A stretch of 64,000 nt of DNA from Spirochaetia bacterium (GTDB lineage Bacteria > Spirochaetota > Spirochaetia > SZUA-6 > Bin103). Where the stretch lies: NCBI GenBank assembly GCA_965203055.1, contig OZ241863.1, forward strand, positions 1,408,001 through 1,472,000, read 5' to 3'. Positions 56,460 to 64,000 of the stretch are shown one piece after another. The position numbers and the translations under genes are program-made. Below the pieces are notes generated by a model. The model did no database searches. It was not told the DNA's origin and saw only the letters and a list, made by a program, of their open reading frames with translations. Numbering within the stretch: the stretch's first letter is position 1; the number at the start of each line of letters is the position of its first letter.

Positions 56460-57903
56460 CCGTCATGGACGCCGGCGCCGCGCCGCGCTGGTGATTGCGG
56501 GAGCGGCGCTCGGCTGGGCGCTGCTTGCCGGGGCCGCCCAGGCGCAGGTTGCGGCGGAGCTGCACGAAGCGGTCGGCGTCGGATCGAATCGCCAGGAAGC
56601 GATCGGGAAGGCGCTGCAGCAGGCGGCGTTCCAGGTCTGCGGCGTCACCCTGGAGTCGGACAGCGCGTCGGCGGTCTCGCTTGCCGTCCGGGGTGACGGT
56701 ATGGAGATCGTCGAGAGCCTCAACGAGCACATCCGCATCTCCCTGGGCAGCGATGCCTGCCGCTTCACCGGCTACGAGGTGCTGAGCTCGACGCCCGACG
56801 ACGGCGGCGTGCTGGTGCGGGTGCGGGTCAGCCACGCGTCCTACCGCGTGCCGGGGCCGGACGTGGACCGGCGCCGGCTTGCGGTGCTCGACTTCGAGAT
56901 CGACGAGGTGCATCTGTACGGCGCCGGCGGTGAACGCGAGCAGCGCACCGGCGACGGCGCGGCTCGCCGCGGCGTGGAAGTCGACTACGATCTGATCCGC
57001 AACTTGCAAGACCGCTTTCGGGCGCGCATCGAGTCGTTGCTCACGCAGGGCCGGCGCTTCGCGGTGCTCGACCGCCGCGCACCCGACCTCTACGAGCAGG
57101 AGAAGCGGCTCCTGCAGTCAACCGACGTCGACGCGGCCGAAGGCGCGCGGCTGGGAAAGGTGCTCGGCGCCGATTACCTGTTGTATGGCACGGTCGACCG
57201 CATCGCGGTGGAAGAACGGCGCACGAACATCCGGCTCACCGGAGAGACCCGGACGCGGGTGCTGGCCGCGGCGCAGGTGCGCTTTTCGGTGCTGGCGGTC
57301 GCCACCCGGCAGGTCAAGTGGTCCTCCGCGGTCGAGCTGGAGCAGGTCGCGGAGGAAGACCTGTGGCCCGAGCAACTGGCCGAAGCGGTGCTGGACGAGG
57401 CCGCCGCCCGCATCGCCGACGAGTTGACTGAGAACATCTACCCGCCGGTGGTCATACAGGTGCTCGGCGGCGGCACGGTGGCGGTGAACCGGGGCGGCAA
57501 CACGGTCGCGGCCGGTGATCTCTTCGAGGTGTTCGCGCTCGGCCCGTCGCTGGTCGACCCGGACACCGGCGAAAGCCTGGGCCGCCTCGAGATGCCGGTC
57601 GGCTTCGTCAGGATCACGACGGTGAAACCGAAGTACAGCCTTGCCGAGATCGTCGAGGCTGACGCCGGCGTCGCCGCCGACATGGTGCTGCGCCGCTTTC
57701 GCGGCGACCTCGACCTGGGCGGCGTCGCCGGCGCGTCCGCCCAGCCGGCGCCGAGCGACGGCGACCGCAACTACCGCCGGGCGGACGGAGATGAAGATGG
57801 CGACGGCTTGCCCGACTACCTGAACCGCGACGCCGGCACCGAGGACCGCGACAAAGACGGCCTGCCCGACTACCTGAACCGCGACGCCCCGCAGCGGAGG
57901 TAA
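56443..57903 (+). CDS. CsgG/HfaB-family protein with FlgT-like C-terminal domain and two Asp-rich Ca-binding-like repeats
   Basis: RLAVLDF, RFAVLDR, LGKVLGADYLLYGTV and LVDPDTGESLG; DGLPDYLNRD occurs twice (57802-57834 and 57856-57888). Confidence 0.78.
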   Translation: MQATSDRHGRRRRAALVIAGAALGWALLAGAAQAQVAAELHEAVGVGSNRQEAIGKALQQAAFQVCGVTLESDSASAVSLAVRGDGMEIVESLNEHIRISLGSDACRFTGYEVLSSTPDDGGVLVRVRVSHASYRVPGPDVDRRRLAVLDFEIDEVHLYGAGGEREQRTGDGAARRGVEVDYDLIRNLQDRFRARIESLLTQGRRFAVLDRRAPDLYEQEKRLLQSTDVDAAEGARLGKVLGADYLLYGTVDRIAVEERRTNIRLTGETRTRVLAAAQVRFSVLAVATRQVKWSSAVELEQVAEEDLWPEQLAEAVLDEAAARIADELTENIYPPVVIQVLGGGTVAVNRGGNTVAAGDLFEVFALGPSLVDPDTGESLGRLEMPVGFVRITTVKPKYSLAEIVEADAGVAADMVLRRFRGDLDLGGVAGASAQPAPSDGDRNYRRADGDEDGDGLPDYLNRDAGTEDRDKDGLPDYLNRDAPQRR

Positions 57904-57920
57904 CCGCCCCGCCGCCGCCG

Positions 57921-57939
57921 TAGCTTAGCTTAGCTTAGC
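57921..57939. repeat. (TAGCT)3-TAGC pentamer repeat at a convergent gene junction
   Basis: tagcttagcttagcttagc, enclosed by the short inverted repeat CGTAGC/GCTACG. Confidence 0.8.
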
Positions 57940-57941
57940 GG

Positions 57942-58178
57942 CTACGACAGATACTCATCTGCACATGCGGGGCTGATGCCGAGATGGTTGACCATCTTGC
58001 GGACGTGGAAAACCTGCACCATAGGGCGACGGGCGCCACGTCTCCCCGTAGGAAGCGACCGGTAGGCTTTCCCCTTATAGCGTATCCAGTAGTGGTGCAG
58101 CTTCTCCTCGACCGTGTGACCGGGAGCGCATTCCGCGAGCATGGACCACACGACACGCAATGCTACTTCCCGGAGCAC
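57942..58178 (-). CDS. Small basic protein, HicA-like toxin candidate
   Basis: 78 aa, basic; alpha-beta-beta-beta-alpha-like pattern with HHYWIRY and HVRKMVNHLGI; starts 4 nt after the partner's stop. Confidence 0.55.
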   Translation of the reverse strand: MLREVALRVVWSMLAECAPGHTVEEKLHHYWIRYKGKAYRSLPTGRRGARRPMVQVFHVRKMVNHLGISPACADEYLS

Positions 58179-58182
58179 GTGG

Positions 58183-58719
58183 TCACGCGGCCGCGGCCAG
58201 GCCGATGCTGTCGTCGATGAGGTTGTCGGCCGGGGTCATCTCCGACCGGCGGGCCACCGTCACCGTCGGTGCCATACCGGCAGGCAGAACCGGCAATTCG
58301 CTCATCGGGGTAAGATCGACCCGGTTGCTACGACAGGCGGCCACGGCGGCGTTCCAGTCAGCCACCGCGGTCTCGTCACGCTCTTCGAAGAAGCGCTCGA
58401 CCTCGGCTCGAAAGGCTTCGTACGTGTCGGCCGTGGATGCGATGTCTGCCAGGATGCCAAGGAAGGTATTCCGCAGATCGGTGTACGCTGCCGGTAGATC
58501 CTTTCCTCCGGCGGCCATGCCTCCGGGTTGGACGCCGCTGAGCCAGATGCCGTCGTCCTCCTGGACTCCGAGTACACGGCTCACCGCATTGATCGTAGCG
58601 ATGAACCCCCGGCCGAAGACGTGTCCCTGGTAGGTGAAGATCAGCGGCCAAGCACGGAACGCGTTCTCCGTGGTCGCCTTGTCGATCGAGTGGTCATGCA
58701 CTTCACCACGGGTCTGCAT
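58183..58719 (-). CDS. Acidic protein, HicB-like antitoxin candidate
   Basis: SD GGAGG; segment EDDGIWLSGVQPGGMAAGGKDLPAAYTDLR resembles the HicB partial RNase H fold; ends GLAAAA. Confidence 0.6.
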   Translation of the reverse strand: MQTRGEVHDHSIDKATTENAFRAWPLIFTYQGHVFGRGFIATINAVSRVLGVQEDDGIWLSGVQPGGMAAGGKDLPAAYTDLRNTFLGILADIASTADTYEAFRAEVERFFEERDETAVADWNAAVAACRSNRVDLTPMSELPVLPAGMAPTVTVARRSEMTPADNLIDDSIGLAAAA

Positions 58720-58738
58720 AGCCTGATCTCCTCCCTGC

Positions 58739-58747
58739 AGTATAGCA
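58739..58747 (-). promoter_or_regulatory. Extended -10 promoter for the HicB/HicA-like pair
   Basis: TG-C-TATACT about 20 nt upstream of ATG 58719. Confidence 0.55.
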
Positions 58748-58975
58748 TAGTCCAATCGGGTCTCGGCGGCGAAACGTCCTTTCGGTAGTATATCGGCAGA
58801 GGCTGTCTCCGATGTCAACCTGCCATCCAGAAGGCCACGCGCCGGCGAATACGGGCGCCCGCGACTACAACGCGTGGCCGTTGATGTTCGCCGGTCCACT
58901 GATGGCCGCGGCACTCCCCGAACCGGTGTGGGCGGCATGGCGGCGGCGTCCGGCCAACGATTCCAGCCCGGAGAG

Positions 58976-59485
58976 ATGAACGTGAGCGTGCCTCGGTATT
59001 CGATCCATGAGTTGGCGCCGGGCCATCGTGATTGGCCGGAGTATGTTGACGTTGTCGAAGGAGAGGGGCAGTCGGGCTGGGCGTTCGACACCCGCCATGC
59101 GCGGTTTCGGCGCCGTTACCTGATGGCAAGACAGGATGGCCGTGTCGTCGGATTCCTGATGTACCTGATTTGGCAGATCGGTCCCAATGATCGCAATCAT
59201 CCACCTCTCGCCGTAGACGGAGCGCCGCTCACGGAGGCGAAGATCATGGCATTCGGGGTGAAGGAGGCGTATCGCCGACAGGGCATCGGAAGGGCGCTTC
59301 AGGAACACGCGCTGCGTCAAGCCAAGGATCTCGGCTGCTATCAGGTGCGCTCGGTGAGCACCGGCAACCATCCCCAGAACCAGCAGCTCAAGTTGGCCAT
59401 GGGGTTTGCCGTTGAGCCGATGGAGCGCGACACGCCTACGTTGGCGTTCATCATGCCCCTCAGACCCGCACCGTGGTCCGGTTGA
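58976..59485 (+). CDS. GNAT-family N-acetyltransferase
   Basis: GRVVGFL and acetyl-CoA motif FGVKEAYRRQGIGRAL; ends with MGF. Confidence 0.85.
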   Translation: MNVSVPRYSIHELAPGHRDWPEYVDVVEGEGQSGWAFDTRHARFRRRYLMARQDGRVVGFLMYLIWQIGPNDRNHPPLAVDGAPLTEAKIMAFGVKEAYRRQGIGRALQEHALRQAKDLGCYQVRSVSTGNHPQNQQLKLAMGFAVEPMERDTPTLAFIMPLRPAPWSG

Positions 59486-59498
59486 CCGCCATGACTCC

Positions 59499-60989
59499 AT
59501 GACCGCCAACCTAAAACCCTACCCGAACATGAAGGAATCCGGTGTGGAATGGCTGGGCGACGTACCCACTCATTGGGAGGTACGAAGACTGTCTCAGATC
59601 GGGACGATCTCGAAAGGTAGAGGCGGAAACAGGGATGACGAAGTTGCCGCTGGCATTCCATGTGTCCGATACGGCGACCTGTACACTACCTACGATGTTT
59701 TCATAGGAAAGAGCAGATCATACGTTTCAAGTGACAAGGCCAAAGAATATACGACTATCAAGTTCGGCGACGTACTGTTTGCGGGTTCTGGCGAGACCAT
59801 AGATGAGATCGGCAAGTCAGCGGTCAATCTCATGCGACAGGATGCTTGCTGTGGCGGTGACGTCATCCTGTTTCGTCCGGCGCAACAGGTTGAAGCCGGC
59901 TACTTGGGATACGCTCTGGATTGCCGTCCAGCCGCAATTCAGAAGGCGACTATGGGTCGAGGAATTACGATCATGCACATCTACGGAACTCAGTTGAAGT
60001 ACTTGACCATTCCCCTTCCACCACTGGCCGAGCAAGCGGCCATCGTTCGCTTCCTAGACTACGTCGATCGCCGGATCAGGCGCTACATCCGAGCCAAGTG
60101 TCGGTTGATTGTGTTGCTGGAGGAGATGAAGCAGGCCGTCATCGACCAAGCCGTTACCGGCCAGATCGACGTCCGAACCGGCCGGCCCTACTCAGCGTAC
60201 AAGCCCTCCGGCGTAGCGGCGTTGGGCGATGTGCCAGAGCCCTGGGAGATTCGGCGTTTCAAGTCTCTCGTAACGCGCATCGAGCAAGGCGTGAGTCCGC
60301 AGGCCGAGAACTATCTCGCGGAAGAAGACGCCTGGGGCGTATTGAAGGCGGGCTGCGTCAACGGAGGCGTGTTCCGGGAAAGGGAACACAAGCGACTTGC
60401 CGCAGGCTTCGCCTTCAATCCGAATCTCGCCGTTCGCGTCGGGGACGTTCTGGTGTCGCGAGCAAGCGGGTCAACTCATCTCGTCGGTTCGGCAGGGCGG
60501 GTATCATCGCTGACGTACCGGCTCATCCTGTCGGACAAGACGTTTCGCCCTGTTTTCGCGCATGAAGTGGATCCCGAATTCATGGTCTTCGCCATGAACA
60601 GCCGCTACTACCGGAGACTGGTCGAGCAGGCGATTAGCGGCGCGGAGGGTCTGGCCAGCAATCTTCCGCTCTCTGCCCTAAGAGGATTCCACTTCGCTGT
60701 GCCCACCTTGGACGAGCAGCGTGATATTGCTCGGCATCTGCTTGCGTCGGTCAGCAGAATAGATGGCGCTGTAGCGAGGGTCAAACGCGAAACCGAGTTG
60801 GTAACGGATCTCCGCGATCGCCTCATAGCTGACGTGGTGACCGGCAGGCTTGACGTCCGCGAGGCGTGGTCACGTCCGCCGTCGGCTGCGCTACGTTCTG
60901 CTAATTCTCTCCGGAATGCTGCAAATGACGACGCAAGACACGGTTCATTTCGGTCTGATATCCACGACCGTCACTGGCATGATTCTTGA
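59499..60989 (+). CDS. hsdS: Type I restriction-modification specificity subunit (orphan)
   Basis: KESGVEWLGDVPTHW, PPLAEQAAIVRFLD, AVTG, a second KPSGVAALGDVPEPW, PTLDEQRDI and LIADVVTG; two target recognition domains. Confidence 0.92.
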   Translation: MTANLKPYPNMKESGVEWLGDVPTHWEVRRLSQIGTISKGRGGNRDDEVAAGIPCVRYGDLYTTYDVFIGKSRSYVSSDKAKEYTTIKFGDVLFAGSGETIDEIGKSAVNLMRQDACCGGDVILFRPAQQVEAGYLGYALDCRPAAIQKATMGRGITIMHIYGTQLKYLTIPLPPLAEQAAIVRFLDYVDRRIRRYIRAKCRLIVLLEEMKQAVIDQAVTGQIDVRTGRPYSAYKPSGVAALGDVPEPWEIRRFKSLVTRIEQGVSPQAENYLAEEDAWGVLKAGCVNGGVFREREHKRLAAGFAFNPNLAVRVGDVLVSRASGSTHLVGSAGRVSSLTYRLILSDKTFRPVFAHEVDPEFMVFAMNSRYYRRLVEQAISGAEGLASNLPLSALRGFHFAVPTLDEQRDIARHLLASVSRIDGAVARVKRETELVTDLRDRLIADVVTGRLDVREAWSRPPSAALRSANSLRNAANDDARHGSFRSDIHDRHWHDS

Positions 60990-61185
60990 ACCAAGCGACG
61001 ATGTCGGCATCTAGCCGCAGCGTGATCTGCTGCTTTACTGGTCGGTAAAATACGCCTCTCCTCGCCATCGACCAATCGATCGTTTCGGATGGGTCGGTTG
61101 TATCTATCGAGTCGTCGGAAAGTTCCTTGAGAGCTGCGATCTCTTCCCGTTGTTCGTCAGTAAGTTTGCTAATAGTATTCTTCAT
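60901..61185 (-). CDS. BrnA-family antitoxin
   Basis: SIDTTD, YRPVKQQITLRLDADIVAWFK...GRGYQTEMNRVLR. Confidence 0.9.
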   Translation of the reverse strand: MKNTISKLTDEQREEIAALKELSDDSIDTTDPSETIDWSMARRGVFYRPVKQQITLRLDADIVAWFKNHASDGRGYQTEMNRVLRRHLQHSGEN

Positions 61186-61201
61186 TGGTCTTTCGTTCGC
61201 T
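61169..61201 (-). pseudogene. Possible 3' remnant of a brnT toxin gene
   Basis: A frame overlapping the brnA ATG reads SERKTNEEYY*, similar to the BrnT terminal ERKxYEE. Confidence 0.4.
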
Positions 61202-61580
61202 ACGGGAACAACCACGCCATCACCCGCTGAAGAGTGGGAATCAATACCGCAGCGCCGACCATGACCGTCAGAATCCAGCGAGTTTGTGTAGTGATTTCTT
61301 TGCGTACGTCGCCGATTTCCTTGCGTATATCGGTGGTTTCCTTGCTGAAGTCGGTGCGCAGGCCGCCCATTTGACGTTGGAGATCCAGAAAGCCGGCCTG
61401 CATTTCGCTGCGCAGGCGGCCTTCGCTCTCCGCGACGTGGCGCAGGAACCGATCCTCGACCGACTGCAACAGCAGCTCTCGCTGGCCGTTCCGGGCCTCG
61501 TGCAGCAGATCGAGCAGCGCTGCGCTGGCCTCGTCGCCGAGCTTGTCCCGCAACGGAGGTGGTACTATGAGTGCCGCCAC
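61200..61580 (-). CDS. Coiled-coil protein with C-terminal TM helix (DUF1640/CCDC90-like)
   Basis: VPPPLRDKLGDEA, heptads (DIRKEIGDVRKEI) and TQTRWIL followed by a TM segment; GTG start. Confidence 0.72.
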   Translation of the reverse strand: MAALIVPPPLRDKLGDEASAALLDLLHEARNGQRELLLQSVEDRFLRHVAESEGRLRSEMQAGFLDLQRQMGGLRTDFSKETTDIRKEIGDVRKEITTQTRWILTVMVGAAVLIPTLQRVMAWLFP

Positions 61581-61712
61581 TGTCCGCGAGCATACCGCGC
61601 GGTGCGGAAACCGTCTACCTTGGCGCGTCCGGTCCATTCCGGTCCGGCCGGGCGCCATGTGCACGTCAGGTGCTTGCAATTTGGAGTTTCCGGCGCCATA
61701 TTGGGTCACAAT

Positions 61713-62867
61713 TTGGATTTTGTAGGGAGATTCTTCGAGCCGCCGGCGCAGAGCTACTATCTGTTCGGCCCGCGCGGCACCGGCAAGTCGGCCTGGACGC
61801 AGCGCCACTATCCCGGCAACGTACGCATCGACCTGCTCCATCCGGCAACGCTGCAGCGCTACCGCGCGCGGCCGGAGCGTCTGTTCGAGGTGGTCCGCGC
61901 CGTGCCTGCCGGCGGCGTGATCGTCATCGACGAGGTGCAGCGGGTGCCGGCGCTGTTGAGCGCAGTCCACGCGCTGATCGAAGAAGGTCGCGGCTGGCGG
62001 TTCGTGCTGACCGGATCGAGCGCCCGCAAGCTCCGGCGGAGCGGCGTCGATCTGCTGGCGGGGCGCGCCGTGGTCCGCACCATGCATCCGTTCATGGCCG
62101 CGGAGCTGGGAGCTTCGTTCGAGCTGGCCGCGGCGCTGGAGCGCGGCATGCTGCCGTTGGTGCTTGGCGCCGCCGACCCCATCGACACGCTGCAGAGCTA
62201 TCTGGCCGTCTACGTGCGCGAAGAGGTCCAGATGGAGGGGCTGGTGCGCGACCTGGACCGCTTCTCCCGCTTCCTGGAAACCGCTTCCTTCTCGCATGCG
62301 CAGCTTCTGAACGTCAGCAACATCGCCCGCGACAGCGGCGTGGGGCGCAAGGCGGTGGAGGGCTACCTCGGGGTGCTGGAGGACCTGCTGCTCAGCTTCC
62401 GCGTGCCGGTGTTTCGCAAGCGCGCCGCGCGGGCGACGGTGGCCCATGACAAGTTCTACCTGTTCGACTGCGGGGTGTTCCGCTGGCTGCGCCCGGCGGG
62501 GCCGCTGGATCGTCCGGCGGAAATCGCGGGGGCGGCGTTGGAAGGGCTGGTCGCCCAGCACCTGCGGGCGTGGCTGGCGTACCGCAACCGCGGCGAACGC
62601 CTCTACTACTGGCGGACCCGCGCCGGTTCGGAGGTGGACTTCATCATCTACGGGCCAGAGCTATTCTGCGCCATCGAAGTCAAGCACAGCGCCGCGGTGC
62701 GCCGCTCCGATCTGCGCCCGCTGCGTTCCTTCCACGCCGACTACCCCGAGGCGCAGCGCCTGTTGCTCTACCTGGGGGATGAGGCGCTCTCCCTCGACGG
62801 CGTGCTCTGTCTGCCGTGCGAACGATTTCTCCGCGCCCTGGATCCGCGCCGCGACGTTCCCGCGTGA
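61713..62867 (+). CDS. AAA+ ATPase with DUF4143 / PD-(D/E)xK-like C-terminus
   Basis: GPRGTGKS, IDEVQRVP, LTGSSARKL, LAGRA, KFYLFDCG and YWRTRAGSEVDF...AIEVK. Start is approximate. Confidence 0.88.
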   Translation: MDFVGRFFEPPAQSYYLFGPRGTGKSAWTQRHYPGNVRIDLLHPATLQRYRARPERLFEVVRAVPAGGVIVIDEVQRVPALLSAVHALIEEGRGWRFVLTGSSARKLRRSGVDLLAGRAVVRTMHPFMAAELGASFELAAALERGMLPLVLGAADPIDTLQSYLAVYVREEVQMEGLVRDLDRFSRFLETASFSHAQLLNVSNIARDSGVGRKAVEGYLGVLEDLLLSFRVPVFRKRAARATVAHDKFYLFDCGVFRWLRPAGPLDRPAEIAGAALEGLVAQHLRAWLAYRNRGERLYYWRTRAGSEVDFIIYGPELFCAIEVKHSAAVRRSDLRPLRSFHADYPEAQRLLLYLGDEALSLDGVLCLPCERFLRALDPRRDVPA

Positions 62868-63099
62868 CCGATGCCGTGCAACTTGTCGCAGAACACGGTG
62901 ATACTGCCGGGTATGGAACCTCGACCGGCACGCTCAGCGCGGCAGTGACGGTTCCATACCCTCCGCCGAGAGGACTCGAGGCGTTGCCGGCGTTTGGCCG
63001 GTTTGCGCGCCCCCCGCGTTGGAGTTATTCTGCAGCCGTGAGAGCCCGCTTGGCTGCCGAACTGCCGTGTCTATCTGCCATCCGCGGCAAGGGACCGCC

Positions 63100-64000
63100 A
63101 TGCTGATCAATCGCTTGAAGGTACAGGGTCTTCTCTCGTTCGGACGCGACGGAATCGACCTGCCGCTGGAGCCGCTCAACGTGCTGATCGGCCCGAATGG
63201 TTCCGGGAAGTCCAACCTGCTGGAGGTTCTGGCACTGCTCAAGGCTGCGCCTCGTGAACTCGGCGAGCCGATCAATCGAGGCGGCGGAGTAAGGGAGTGG
63301 CTATGGAAGGGCGCAGCAGACGCCGGAAGCGCGTACGTCGAAGTCGAGGTAGCCTATTTCGAGGGCGCGTTGCGGCACGCACTCACCTTGGTCGACCGGG
63401 GCGGCCAGCCTGCATTGATCGACGAGCGGATCGAGCCGGCGCAGGCACAGCCTGATGGCGCTGCCGCCATGTTCTACTGCCGCCCGCCGCGTAATCACCA
63501 AGCCGTTGAGAAGATGCCGAACGCGGTGTCGCCTCCCGCGTTCCCGAAAGCGAGTCGACCGGCTGGCGGCGCCTTTCCCCGGAGCGTCGCCGTCGAGCAC
63601 GCGGGCGGGATTCAGTTCGCCGCTGATTTTCTCCCAGAGCAGTCGTTGCTGTCGTTCGCAACTCCGCTGCACCCGGCGCTCTGGTTCCTGAAAGATCAGT
63701 ACGGGAGGATACGCCTCTATCGAGACTGGTTCTTCGGGCCGACCGCACCGTTGCGGCGCCCCGCGAGCGCGCACGACCCGTCTGACTTCCTGGTTGAGGC
63801 AGGAGCCAACCTGCCGCTCGTCCTGGCGTCCTTTCATGGCGCTGCCAAGCGGCGGTTCATCGAGGCGTTGCCGGAGCTGTTCGACGGCATCGTCGACATC
63901 TCCTGCCGGGTGACCGGCGGGACGGTATCGCTCTTCCTCGAGGAGCGAGGCGGCCGCCAGATCCCGGCAAGCCGACTGTCCGACGGCACGTTGCGCTACC
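63100..64000 (+). CDS. ABC-type (AAA_21/RecF-like) ATPase, 3'-partial
   Basis: Absent from the ORF track because it runs off the end. Reads MLINRLKVQGLLSFG...NVLIGPNGSGKSNLLE...ANLPLVL...RLSDGTLRY. Confidence 0.88.
   Translation, partial: MLINRLKVQGLLSFGRDGIDLPLEPLNVLIGPNGSGKSNLLEVLALLKAAPRELGEPINRGGGVREWLWKGAADAGSAYVEVEVAYFEGALRHALTLVDRGGQPALIDERIEPAQAQPDGAAAMFYCRPPRNHQAVEKMPNAVSPPAFPKASRPAGGAFPRSVAVEHAGGIQFAADFLPEQSLLSFATPLHPALWFLKDQYGRIRLYRDWFFGPTAPLRRPASAHDPSDFLVEAGANLPLVLASFHGAAKRRFIEALPELFDGIVDISCRVTGGTVSLFLEERGGRQIPASRLSDGTLRY

Noticed and set aside
57935..58156. Alternative 73-aa ORF overlapping the HicA-like gene
   Set aside because: The 57942-58178 frame is better coupled to the upstream gene and has more protein-like composition.

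Overview
A GC-rich bacterial window. The cyclophilin-FKBP fusion, stand-alone fliG, Ntp-like V-ATPase and giant Calx-beta/Ig surface proteins suggest a marine or host-associated bacterium, possibly a spirochaete; this is inference only. From left to right: a partial arylsulfotransferase-like gene; a minus-strand selenocysteine operon (selC tRNA-Sec, a UGA-recoded selD, selA, selB) followed by a sulfatase; ada; an AbrB/Doc toxin-antitoxin pair; a PhyH dioxygenase; a GT2 / UDP-xylose synthase / flippase-like trio; an amidohydrolase-fold protein with a Rieske ferredoxin; a 1875-aa repetitive lipoprotein; RNHCP; a PPIase; a ~6000-aa autotransporter-like adhesin whose signal peptide is out of frame at a G18 tract; DUF1223; fliG; an RRM protein; tRNA-Val; an exonuclease; a complete Na+-type V/A-ATPase operon interrupted by a foreign-looking ORF; a CsgG-like envelope gene pair; and a lower-GC accessory patch (HicB/HicA-like pair, GNAT, orphan hsdS, orphan brnA, two ATPases). 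The strongest leads are the candidate phase-variable, chimeric giant adhesin, the unrecognised repeat lipoprotein, the non-canonical Sec machinery and the reversed HicBA-like module with an ssrA-like tail.
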